Positions 38,102 through 50,115 of a stretch of 64,000 nt of DNA are shown here, piece by piece; within the stretch, counting starts at the first letter, position 1, and each line of letters begins with the position of its first letter. Source of the stretch: Felis catus (Eukaryota); the NCBI RefSeq assembly GCF_018350175.1, contig NC_058368.1, positions 179,616,001 to 179,680,000 on the forward strand, in the 5' to 3' direction. The notes beneath the pieces were generated by a model. It was given only the letters and a program-made list of their open reading frames with translations. It was not told the DNA's origin and made no database searches. The translations under genes were made by a program, and so were the position numbers.

Positions 38102-39529
38102 TGAAGGGGGAGGGGGAGGGACAATGGAGAAGTTTAAGTAAATTTTGTGCTCCTTGCCTGAATGTGGTGTGCTGGACCTGAGTTTTGGTTCATGGTTTAG
38201 AAAAATATTTTGATCTTTTATTCATGATGTTTCTTTCTTCCCATCCTTCCTTCTTTAATTCTACTCACTCTGTTTATGGTGATGAAGCCTATTTGGAAGT
38301 CTGGCCTCATCTTGATTGGTGCTGCCTGTTGTATAGCCAAAAACTTCCCATGGTTGGCTGAATGGAGTAGTTAGCTATTAAACTGATGGTTTGGCCTCTC
38401 ATTGGTCTGTCTAGGACTCTGGACGAGAATTTCTCATGAGTGAGTCAGCTTTTGATCAAAATATACATAGAATCATGCCAACATTTCTCCTAGTGAAGAA
38501 AACATCTCGACTTTTGGAGGTCAAAATGCTCTAAGGGAAAAAAAAACTACATCTCTAAGAGGGTTAAAGGGTAACCAAGGACTAATCCCCTCCATCTCAA
38601 TTTCATTTAATTTTAGATGTATGAGATTCTAAGATGTATGTGTGTCAAGACGCTCAGAGAGATCTAACTTCAATAATTTTTTAGAATGTTTTGCATGGGA
38701 ATCAGTGATAGGTATAGAAAGAAATGCTAGATCATCAATTTTATTAATATCGTGGCCTTAATCATCTCCTTCCTGTGTCTCCACATCTCCTACTCTGCCC
38801 TTTCTCTTTCCCAAAGTACTTGCACATATACATAACATACCACCCACACATACACATAAAACCTTCTCTCTGTAGCAGAATCCTAGACAGATAAATGAAG
38901 CTCCCTTCCAGGCTGTTACATCTAAGCACAGATATAATTTCACTTTAGTACAAGATACTGACTTTTAAATTAGCTCAAATTGTTGAGCAACCCTGTGAAA
39001 AGATATCAGGGGTCAGAAAGGCAGCCCTGGTGGTGGAGGGGAAAGATGCTTTTTCTCCTTGGCTCATAATTGGTGTTTTAGGTGCATAAAGATGGTAGTG
39101 GCAGATCTGTGTCAGAGACAGTAAATTATTAGTGTAAATGTTTTCCAGTCTCCAGAGAGAGCTTCTGCCTTCCCTGGAAGAGACGCACATGGTCAGGCTT
39201 CTCTACCCGAGACCTTCCAGGACTTTCATCCCATTTTACAACACAGAACAGAGGATTGTCAACCACCAGTTCCCAAGGGTTCAGTCATTGAGCAAAATTA
39301 TCTTAGGGAATAATTGTTATGGCTTCTGTCACTAATGGTGTTTTCTGCAGATCCTGTTCTGCATAGCACTTCCTTTATTTAAATGAGAGTGAAAGATGGG
39401 AGATCATTAGGCCTAATGAGGCCAGGAAAGCAGTGGCAGGGGAAGACGGGTAGCCCAGAGACTACTCTACTCACAAGTCTCTCCCCAAGTGTAGAGTCAT
39501 TGACAGGAGGATGAGGAGATTGGGTAAAA

Positions 39530-40300
39530 TTTGTCAGCTCTATATTTACCAGTTTGTCCACTACCTTCTGTCTCTGCTGCTGTCACCCTAATACAAGCCA
39601 CCATCCTTTCTTGATTAGATGACCTCAGGGACCTCCTCACTACATCTTCCTGCTTTTACTTATGTTCCTTCATTATCCAAGGTCCATCCAACAGATGCCC
39701 ACATCGTTTTAAGACAAAAATCAGATCTCCTCCTTCCACAATTAAGCCTTCCAATGACTTTCTGTTGTTCTAAGAAAAAACACAAGCTCCTATCTTACAC
39801 AGTCTAACCTCTGCCACTCTTCCTGGTGCCATCCTAGGCCACTGTCCCCACTTCCACCATGGCAGCCTTACATGCCTTCTTCCTATTGCCCCAAATCTCC
39901 CATATCTTTCTCAACTCAGGGCCTTGGACTTGCTATTACTTCTGCCTGGGACTTTCTGACTCCAGATGTTGGCCTGGGTAAGTCCTTCTTGAAATGCATA
40001 TCCTGGCTCAAACATCACTTTCTCAGAGAGCCCTTTTCTGATAGCCCTACCTATAGCATTGTGTCTTCCTTGCTGGTCATTGTACGTAACATGATCCTGT
40101 TTTCTTCATGGTACTTACCACTACCTGAAATTCTTTTGCTCATTTATTTGTTTAGTTGTTTATTTTCTGCTCTCCCATTCCCTATTAGAATGTAAGCCTC
40201 TTAAGAGTAGGGGTTTTGTCTTATTGACTCTATAATTGCCTAATACTGCATCTAGCACATACTGGGCACTCGATAAATGTTCTGTAAATGAGTGAATGAG
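39530..40300 (+). mobile_element. L2a LINE 3' portion
   Basis: ctcagggccttggacttgctattacttctgcctgg...ttagaatgtaagc...gcacatactgggcactcgataaatg...gagtgaatga. Confidence 0.85.
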
Positions 40301-43300
40301 AGAAGGAACTTGGTCTTTCCAAAATCTACTTTTTTTCCCTCAATGTATAGTCGAATGCACCTTCTCTTCCAAATCATTGCCCTGAAAAAGCCCCAAATCA
40401 CCATTTAATAGCACATGTGCACATATAATGCATACATGCACACACGCACACTCAAAAGTGAGGATAAAACTAACACACCAGATTTTCTTTCTCAGTTTCT
40501 GATCTCTACTTTACTTTTGGCAAGAAAAATGACTTGGCTTTAAAAAACAGAAGGTTCCTGCCCTGGAGTTTTGAGAGGGCCTTCGTAGGATGAGCCATCC
40601 ACACACAGGTGGGGCCATGCTGCATGCAGGGGAGCTGACTTCAAGAGCCAGCAGGTGGATTTCATACTCCCACCAAAGAGAGAGAAACAGCCTATGCGAG
40701 ATCCTCTGCTGGCAGATGTGAGCCAGTGCCTGAGACCGAGAGCTGGGGAGGGAATGCTATTTTTTGATGCTTATTTCAAAGGCCTGGGAATAATATTCTG
40801 TGATACAATGAAATGAAAAGATAAACTGTGTTTGCTTCATCTCCTGGCCTCATTGATTTTTTACTTCTAATGGGCATTGAAAGGGATTGTGTAGCTATTG
40901 GGAGCCTCAGCTCAGTGAAGGCTTTACAAAAAAGGAAAAAGAAAACTTGTGGGGGATCAAACAAAAACCAAGCCTTAGTCTGGAAGAAAAAAAAAAGAAT
41001 AGATTACACTAATTTACTGAACACTGACCTAAACCTCCAAATTATTCTTCTCTTGATCTGAGATCTAAACCAGAGATTGTTTGAAAGACATCTGGCGAAT
41101 TAGTCCAAACCTGAAGTGAACCCTGTCTTCTAAAACAATTGAACCAGAGCCATACTGGAACATCAAATTATTAATGTTTTCCAAACTAACCCTCTCTGAG
41201 TGTCTGGCTGGTGTTGTATAAAGCTGCAATACCAATTGCCCTTTGTTCATCTTTGCTCCCATCCTGCCTCCTGCTCCTGTCCACCATTTCTCCCTTCTGT
41301 GCGGATACCAGCCTTCAGTAATGGGTCCACCCTCCATGCTGCACTGTGGAATGTGGACTGTCTGTCCTGCTTCTGTGATCGTGAGGGATGCTGCTGTTCT
41401 GAACAGCTTGGCCCAGTCACCAGCTTTGATTTCACGTCATGGGGAAAAGAGGAGTATCTTTTCAGTGAAGGCAGACTTACTAGATAAATTGGGGGAAAAG
41501 GGACTATAGAATGGAATAAAGGAAGAAAACCTGGAATAAGGAAGAGAGGGAGGAAGACCAGAAAGCAAACGTGGAGCAGAGGCAGTAAAGACGGAGACTC
41601 GGTGGAGGACAAAGGAAAGGAAAGAAAGAGAATAGGAATATTTGGGATGGCATGTATTTCAGGTTTGTTTTTGTCTTTTTCTCATTCCTTCCAAGGTAAA
41701 TGGAATAATTTTTGGTCACACGTGTCCCTCTTCAATCTGTGCCAAGCTCATTGTGAGTTCTTGTCTGTACAGTAACCCCCCAGGAGGTAAGAAGCATCAT
41801 CTTCATAGATTACCAGAGTTGAATGGCACCTTCTAGAACTTCTAGACCAATGCCCCTATTTTATAGCTGGAGGACCTGAGGCACCGAGTAGTAGGGAATG
41901 CACAAACCCCAGCCCTCAGATTTTTGGTCTGGTGCTGTGGACCCAGCTGGAAGATACATTCTTTACCTTGGCCATGATTTTTCATTAGGTGACAGAGAAG
42001 AGAAACCATGGAAGAAGGATCATTGGCTTATAAGGAATCAAGTATTGATGCCTGAGAGGTCAGGCTACGTAGCAGTTACCTTAACAGAAAAAGGGTATTT
42101 CTTTGAAAGATGTAATACTGGTAATAGATCTGCTGGATAAGTAAGGATTAGTGATTCTTATCTATGATAGGATTGTTGGAGGTTCTATGGAAGCATTATG
42201 ACTACTTTCTAGTAGTTACGTCATGACATATCTGAGGAAGGAAATTGAAAGGTCAAACCCCACATGAGAGCCATTCCAAGGAAAAAAGCACCAAAACAGG
42301 TAATCATAAGGCATGAATAGAGGCTAACTCCCTAGGATTTCCACCCTGGTGTTGGAAGAATGGACGAGAAGAGGAAGTCTTCTGGAAGCAGGGTGATGGA
42401 GACTGCTTCTCGGAGCCTGCAGGCTTCCCAGGGACAACAAGCCTGGTATATTTGAATTTCCACCCAGTAGGAATTTTAGAAATTCAGAAGCTGAAGTCAG
42501 CTTGGTATCAGCCTGAGCAGATTTTCTTTCCCTCTTCTTTCCCTCTTCCTTACTTCTATAAGGACACATTCTTTATAAGGAGCCTGTGCATTTAAGAAAA
42601 AAGACCCCAGCCTGTTACTTATAACCCAGCAGACACTGAGGAACTCACCAGGTTTTCCTAGTGGGCAAGGGCACTGCACCCTGCTTACCTGTCATAAATA
42701 ACCCATTTACCTGGAGCTAATTAGCTAGACTTCAGTGTGGAGTCCCAAATTGCTGTGCTAATGATGGCAGCCCTCCCCTCCCAAGCAGTGCTGATTTCCC
42801 AGCTCAGCATGAGGGCCTTCAATAATATCTCTTTCCAATGATATAATTTGATTCCTCCATGGGAGACTGCTCTGGTCCTAGCTCACTTAGCACTAAATCT
42901 CTTGCTAGATAGTCTCATTACTTAATCTTTTCAGGCCCCAGACCAGCCCCGGCCTCTTATTTATTTATCTGGGGCCCTGTTTACTTCCCTCTTGTAAATT
43001 ATTTCTGGCTCCTGGCCGTCTGATCGCTGCAGTGATAGACTAATAGCTCGGAGCTACCGCATTTGCCTTGTGTGATGAGGCAAATAATATGCTTAACTTA
43101 TGGGAGAGAAGTGCACCCTCCATTTATTTCAGTGGGGGAAAATATTACTCAGGGGAAAGGGCCAAATCATTTACCTAATGGCTGCTGGTGGAAGTTGGTG
43201 TAATTACTGACAGAATTATGTGAAACAAATTGCCACGTGCATAAATCTAAACTTCCAGTTTCTCAAAGGCAGAGAGAATTTCAGCAGTTGGCAAGGGTTC

Positions 43301-43418
43301 TGCATTTCTGATGGGTGGGTTTCTGAGGGGGTGTTGGCAGAAAGAGGATCTTGGCCCACTGGTTTGCTTGGCAAGGGGGATGCTCTTCCTCAGCTCCAAA
43401 CTCTTTAAACATCTAAGG

Positions 43419-43640
43419 CCCGGGTGGGCAATCTACAACCTTCTCGCCTGTCCAGCCCACTGCCACCTGCTGTAGTAAATAAAGTTTTATTGGAACACAG
43501 CCACACCCATTTATTTACATAGTGTCTGTGACCCTATCTGTGCTATAGTGGCAGAGTTTCATGGTTGTGGCAGAGACTGTATGGCCCCCAAAGCCAAAAT
43601 TATTTACAATATGGCTCTATAGAAAGTTTGCTGAGCCTTG
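43419..43640 (+). mobile_element. MER58A-like hAT-Charlie MITE
   Basis: gtaaataaagttttattggaacacagccacacccattt...gagactgtatggcccccaaagcc...aaagtttgctgagccttg. Confidence 0.85.
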
Positions 43641-43819
43641 CTCTACCAGAAGAACCTTCAAATATTTTATATGGAGATGGAGGGATTAAATTGGATGACT
43701 CCCCTTAACTTTACTTCAGACAGTTCAGTCTGAAGGAAATTTGAAGGGAACTAGAACGGTTATCTTGCTTTGTAGGACTTCTGAAACTATTCATTGACCC
43801 TTCTAAACAATTGTGTGGT

Positions 43820-43965
43820 TTGGTAGGGATTGTGAGCCCAGTTGACAGAAGAGAAAACGGAGACCCTGAAAAGTGAGGTGTTTTGCCCAAGTCCTTCAGT
43901 GAGGAAATTGCAGAACTGGGATTCATGCCTTCACTGTCTGGCACCAAATTCTGTGCCCTTTCAAG
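43820..43965 (-). mobile_element. MIR fragment
   Basis: ttttgcccaagtcc...gcagaactgggattcatgcc. Confidence 0.6.
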
Positions 43966-44629
43966 CTAAACCTCACTTCTTCCCAAGGTAAAGAAGGACA
44001 GAGGCCTCGGCAGTGGGAGAGGATGTATCTAGGCAGAAGGGCTACTGAAAGGAGTCACATGAGCCACCAAGTCACAAGGAACACCAAAGCTAGAGGAGAA
44101 GTGAGGGGGCTCTTGCTTTCTTCAGTCCACCCTCGCAGTGGGGTAGATGGTGGAGCAGTTGTAAGAGTACCTTATCATGAAACACAACAGCCACTTGTCA
44201 GGCAGCAAGAGAAAACCCAAAAAGAAGAAAGCCTGGGTGATAAAAGTTTATTTCATGGCCTGTGTTGCCAATGCAATGGCGGTTGCTGAAGAAAGAGCCT
44301 GGTCCATATGGCCTTCTTCTGGGGGAGGTGAATGCCACCAGCTGTGCTGCAGCCAGGGCTGAAAGCTAGCCTTGGCTCTTGCACCCTTTGGAAACAGTGC
44401 TCTAGGCTTTGGAGCAGTGTGGAGCCAGACTCTGATGCCCCGAACTTCTGCTGTGAGTGTGAGAAGGGTGGGGTGTCCACAGGCCTGCAGGCATCAGCAG
44501 CGTGCCTGCTGCAGGTATAGACATCTCTGGTTGAAAACGTGACCTAAAACTCCTGGCAAAGCAGTCTTTGGGCTCTGCACCTAGGAAGACAGGAGGGCAC
44601 AGTGGAAATGATAGTAAATAACACAACCA

Positions 44630-44860
44630 TGGAGCAGCAGCTACGATTTGTTGGGTGCTTACAAAGCACCAGACATTGTTCTAAACCCTGTAATCTTCAA
44701 GAGCTCACTTAATCCTCATAATCATCCTGTGAGGTGGGTGTAACTGTTCCATTTTATCATAGAGGAAATGAAACTCAGAGATTATAAAAAATCTGCTCAA
44801 GCTAACGTATAAATGGTGGAGCTGAGAACCGAATCTGCCTGACACCTTAACCGTTCCACA
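44630..44860 (-). mobile_element. MIR SINE
   Basis: ttaatcctcataatcatcctgtgaggtggg...ccattttatcatagaggaaatgaaactcagag. Confidence 0.8.
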
Positions 44861-46924
44861 CACCAGGGGTGGGAGGTGCGAAAGCCACACACACACACAG
44901 AGCCAAATGCCATAGAGTAGCTCAGCCATGTGGATACATAATTTTGCTCCTTAGAACCTCAGTGTCCAATGTTTGAATGTATGTAACAGCCAGGGGCGTG
45001 GAGACAACCAAAGGTGATGGTATATTTTTCAGCCTAAACCTGCTGTCTGACTCATAAGAGCTAAGCGGGTTCCTCTCCACTTTCTTCCCTCTTCCTGTGC
45101 CTGATAAAACACAAATCCAAGCTTTTCCATCACTACCATCATTATCCATGATATTCTGCCGAGCTCCGCAGGGAGTGGGATACACAGACCCAGCCTCTCC
45201 CTTTAAGGCATTTTCTGCGGAGATGGACATATATTTACCCATGTATAAATGGATATGCATTTATGGACTGTGCCAGGGGTGTGGGGGAGAGAACATTCCA
45301 CCACATGTGAATGAAGCAAAAGGTTTGTGTATTGCATGCATGTCAAGGGAAGTTGTGTTTTAGAGGAAGACGTTTTTACAGTTCATCCTTGCTGAGCTGC
45401 TGCTCTGGGAGATAGAAAGCAAAGAGCGATTTGGAAATAGGCAGATGGGACAGATGAGGCCTTGCTGTTACTTGTCTTTTTGATCAAGCCACAAAGGCTC
45501 TTGGTTCAGTCCTCTCTTCTCCTGGAACTGGCATGGATTGTGAGTACTGATGGGTTGCCTTCAGTAGGTTATCTTGACACACAAGAGAATTAACATTGTT
45601 TTCTGTTGTACTACATGCTGGGCAAGTTCTTTCTCTGGAATTTTCATTTTTTCCTTCCATCCCTGTGAGGTGGAACATTTTATGTCCGTTTGATGTGGAG
45701 GGAAGAAGTTTAAAGCACTTATGGTCTTACAGTTAAGGAGAGATGGAAACAAGATCAGAACCCATATCTTTCCAACCCTGGAGCTCATTATACACTACAC
45801 ATCAGGTCATGTCTTCACTCTGAGAAGGAGAGGTACTGTCTTTGTGCCCTCTGCCATTTCTCATGATATCCCAACTGTCCCCAGAGAATTTCTAGAAATT
45901 ATTACAGGGTCTGTGTATAGCTTCTTGGGGTGTGACCGCTTCCAACTTAGAGAAACTGGGATTTTTAGGACTGTCTCAAGATTACCACTGATAGAAACCT
46001 GAAGCAAAGTAGAATAAGGGAAAACTAACAAGCATCAACAATGACAACACAAAGCCATGAGATGGGACTGGTGTTAAAGATCCCATGGTTCTAGGCCTAG
46101 AGCCCACTGGGTCTTTGTGACTCTCCAGATGTCATCTCTGCAGCTCTCTGCCTGGCAGCTCCATTCATTCGGGTGCTCCCCTGTGATAGAGCCCTAGCAG
46201 ACTGGCACTATATCCTTACAGCTTTGGTCTCTGGACCAGTCACCCTGGCCAGAGCCTGAGCCTATAATCAGCCCAGTCTGGGTCACATGCCCACCTTCTG
46301 TTGCTGGAAGGAAGTTGGATTGATTCTAGGCAGACAGAGCTGAGAACAAACATGCCTCAACCAGGTGGGGTTCTGACTATGATTCCAAGGGTCATAGTCA
46401 CCTTATATGCAGAACATTAGGCCTGTTCAAGTCAGCAGCCATGTCGAGAGAGCCTTGTTATTTCATTCCTCGTCTTCCCTAAAATAGGGAAGGCACATCT
46501 GCAGCTCTTGCCAGGACTCACACAAAGGGAGCTAAAGAAGCACACTTAATAGGATTGGGAAGACATCAAGGCTGCTGGAGGAGCAGTGAACATTTGAATT
46601 CCTAAGGCTGGGGAAATCATGGGAAGAAGGGAGGCAACTTGGGAAGGCCATGCCCTTGTTTCCAGAGCTAAGAGACAGCATTCTTGGAGCTTGGCAGGAC
46701 TTTAGGAGAACAGAGAAGACTTGATGCAAGTCTAGATCTCTCCTCTGCCTCCCTCTCCCCCTTTCATTCCTGCCATGCCCTCGCTCAAAGAAACTGCCTT
46801 TTGCAGTTCAGAAGTTCACCAGGTTTTATTTTCTCTGCATCTCTGTGCCTTCTTATTCATATCTAGAAGGCTCTTCTCACATCGTATTGTCTAATTAAAT
46901 GTCACTCTTTAAAACTCAGCTAAC

Positions 46925-47140
46925 GGGGCGCCTGGGTGGCGCAGTCGGTTAAGCGTCCAACTTCAGCCAGGTCACGATCTCGCGGTCCGGGAGTTCGAGC
47001 CCCGCGTTGGGCTCTGGGCTGATGATGGCTCAGAGCCTGGAGCCTGTTTCCGATTCTGTGTCTCCCTCTCTCTCTGCCCCTCCCCCGTTCATGCTCTGTC
47101 TCTCTCTGTCCCAAAAATAAATAAACGTTGAAAAAAAAAA
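46925..47140 (+). mobile_element. Young felid CAN-SINE (SINEC_Fc-like) inserted in an L2 relic
   Basis: Near-consensus with a private 3-bp duplication (gctgatgatggc); TSD tttaaaactcagcta at 46908-46922 and 47141-47155. Confidence 0.97.
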
Positions 47141-47410
47141 TTTAAAACTCAGCTATCATCTCACCTCCTCCAGGAAGTCCTCCCTGATGTCACTGGTTTT
47201 ATGTATTAGAAAGAGTTCCTCTGGCCCTAGCCTCCTGGATGAACTATTATCTGAGGATCAACCATACCTACTCTTGAGACTGATGCTTTGCCTGACCTTC
47301 TACCCAAATCTAAGCCACTTGTGAGTGGGGAATTGTTTTTTTTTTTTTTTTGTTATCAAGGTTTAGTACAGTGCTAAAATATTTTTATTGGAAAAACTGA
47401 GTAAATGATG

Positions 47411-47647
47411 ACTGTTACAACAAAATACCAAAGACTGAGTGACTTATAAACGATAGATATTTATTTCTCACAGTTCTGGAGACTGGAAGTTTGAGATCAA
47501 GGTGCCAGTATGGTTGACTTGGGGTGAGAGCTCTTTTCCTGGCTTGCAGATGGCCATCTTCTTGAAGTATCCTTACATGGAAGGAGAGAGACCAAGAGAT
47601 GGGGTGGGGAGGGGAAGAGGGAGGGAAGGATGGAGGGAGGGCGGGGG

Positions 47648-47685
<38 letters not shown>

Positions 47686-47845
47686 AAGAGAAGAGAACTC
47701 TCTGGTCTCTTATAAGGGCACTAATCCCAACACGAAGACCCTACCTTCATGACCTCATCTAATCTTAGTTACCTCCCAAAGGCCTCACCTCCAAATACCA
47801 TCACATTAGAGGTGATGGTAGGACACAAACATTCAGTTCATAACA
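47411..47845 (-). mobile_element. MLT1A-like MaLR LTR with an expanded internal purine tract
   Basis: atttatttctcacagttctggagactggaag...ttataagggcactaatccca...ggacacaaacattcagttcataaca. Confidence 0.88.
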
Positions 47846-49777
47846 AATGGGAAGTAGTGCCATAGAACAGATGTTGATTTTGTAGAACTAATTACCTCAG
47901 AGGTATTTGAGGTGGAGGATTTGAACATCACTCTTAAATGTCTACATATGCATTTTCCAGATGTGTTCTGTCTTAATAGATCTTCAGCAAAAGAAAAAGA
48001 AAAAGAAAAGTGTCCTGGTCAAACCAGTTTGGGAAGTGTTTTAAAGGAAATATGGAAGGCTTCATGATTGCATGACTTATTTGAAACTTTATTTTGTCAA
48101 TACGCATTGTGAATTTCCAAGAGGTGAAAACAAGTACGCAACTAGTTCCCATTTTTTGACTGTGGAATCTGTTTTCATGGTGCATTTGGTGGGTCTTGAG
48201 GTTTATAGGACTGGTATTGAGATGATATGAGGTTAGTTAAAACTTTTTTATAAATTAGGTTAATCCATAGAGCCTGAAAAAAATACTGAGGGCAATTCAG
48301 TATTTCCTCTGGGAATGCCATGGTGATCAAAGCAGGTTGGTGATTCTAAGGCACCATTTAATTGCAATCTCACTGTGGCCCTCGAGAGCCTTCTCATTGT
48401 TGGTTCTGATACGGTGCTAAGGTCCCTCTTCAGGCACTTCCTTCCACTGAGGTCCAGAAGCATTTCAGAGGCTTTCTTAACATCCCACCTCTTTCTCAAA
48501 GCTTCCCCTGGTTTGCTAGAGGAAAGGTGTTCTTTTCCCTCTGTGCCACTTGTCTAAACTTCCTGGTCCTCTCTCTCTCTCTCCAGGGCTCACCACCCTC
48601 AACATTTCCCCTTTGACTCTATCTTTGCAGAATTCCTCTTGCCTCAAAGGAAGAGAATGTCTGTGGCCTGCTGAGGATTCTGAGTGGGTTGTGGGAACCC
48701 AGATCCCTGTCTGAATCCACTATCCTTACCCCAGCCCCCCCAATCTCCCTCCAGAGGTGGAGTGAATTCTTCCCAGCTGAATCCTATGAGATGGGATGCC
48801 TGCAAATATTCAGCACATTCCCCAAAGCTATTAATATTTATGCGCTTACAGGGTGGGCTACATTCTAGCCTAGGGTCCTTTCCTGCTGGGCCACCCTTTC
48901 CCTCAGGACTGTAGTCTGATCCATGTACCTTCCGTGGGGAGAATGGCAATTAAGTGGAGCCTCAGAATCACCAGCCTGGATTGATCACCATGGAGCTCCC
49001 AGAGGAAATACTGAATTGCTCTCAGATACTTTTTCTCTTTCCTGAGGCTTCAGATCAGGGGAGTGCTACACCACCTCAGGGCTGCTGTCACCTCTGGAAT
49101 CTTGGTGTCAGACTCTTGCACAAAGCACCTAAGCACAAAGGAAACCTTCAACACATGCCCGTACCTCCCCCTCCCCTTCTGCCCACGCACTTGTTTGACC
49201 CATTACTACTCCCCACGCTTTTGTTCATGCCCATTTCTCCTGCCTGGGATGCCCTACCTTCTCTTCCAAGACCTATCCAAGGCTAGAGATGGTGCCATGT
49301 GGTTCTTAAGAGTAAGCATTCTAAGTTGGAAGATTATTGCAAACATTAAATGAAGTATTCCTTATAAAGCGTTTAGTAGACTGCTTGGTGTTCAGTAAAT
49401 GTCCGTTACTTTTATCTTGTCCACAAGCCTCAACACCCCCCCCCCATTCAATGAAGACCTTGTGGGAATCTCATCCCACATTGGTCCCCCAGATTCCTCA
49501 CTGTGACCTCCAGAACCACTTTGATCCCACTTCTGATGATATCGTTTGCATTGTTTTAATGGACTGCTGTTCATCTTTGGTGTTATTAAACAGGGTCTTC
49601 CCTCCATTTCTGTCTTTTTCTCCCACCTGCATGGTTGACAATCATGTTGTCTTCTGGAGTAGACTGCACACACAGGCTGGTTAATTTACTTGTCTGTTTA
49701 ATTCAGACACCTGAGTGGCTAAAGTCAAAGATTTGGAAAAATCACCTTTGTTCTTCTGGCAGCCACCCTTTCATTTA

Positions 49778-50115
49778 AAGAGCTTGCAAAATGGCAGTCC
49801 CACAGATGGAATCCTGCCCACAGATCTATTGTGTTTGGCCTGCATAATTAAAAAAAAAAATGGACTACATTTAAAAATTGAGAGTTCATATAAAAATCCA
49901 GATTGCTTGTTCTTCCCTGCAAATCAGGAGCTCTGGCAGCAATACAGGGCCCTGATTTCCATGTAACAGCAGTCCTCAGAGCCAAGTCTTGGGAGCCCCT
50001 TTTGAGGAGCATGCTTTCTCCAAATTGCTAAAATCCCATCACTGTCACTGCCCCACATGAGCCTTGCTCATTTATTTTCCTAACCCTTGTAGTCTTTAAA
50101 ATCTGGGTACAAGAC
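49778..50115 (+). mobile_element. MER102-like hAT-Charlie element
   Basis: tgtgtttggcctgca...acatttaaaaattgagagttcatataaaaatccagatt...aaatcaggagctctggcagca. Confidence 0.65.

Larger units (their letters stand above)
30562..38122 (+). mobile_element. Full-length but inactivated L1 (L1MA9/L1_Carn-like)
   Basis: 5' UTR, ORF1 relic (~31.6-32.8 kb), ORF2 start at 33320 (MAISTYLSIITLNINGLNSPIKRYRVAEWI), RT motif decayed to FVDAM near 35432, 3' UTR and tail. 13-bp TSD aatggagaagttt at 30549-30561 and 38123-38135. Many stops and frameshifts. Confidence 0.95.

Noticed and set aside
37921..38124. Poly-leucine ORF, or poly-K/Q on the + strand
   Set aside because: Just the translation of the L1-tail triplet repeat; no splice or coding context.
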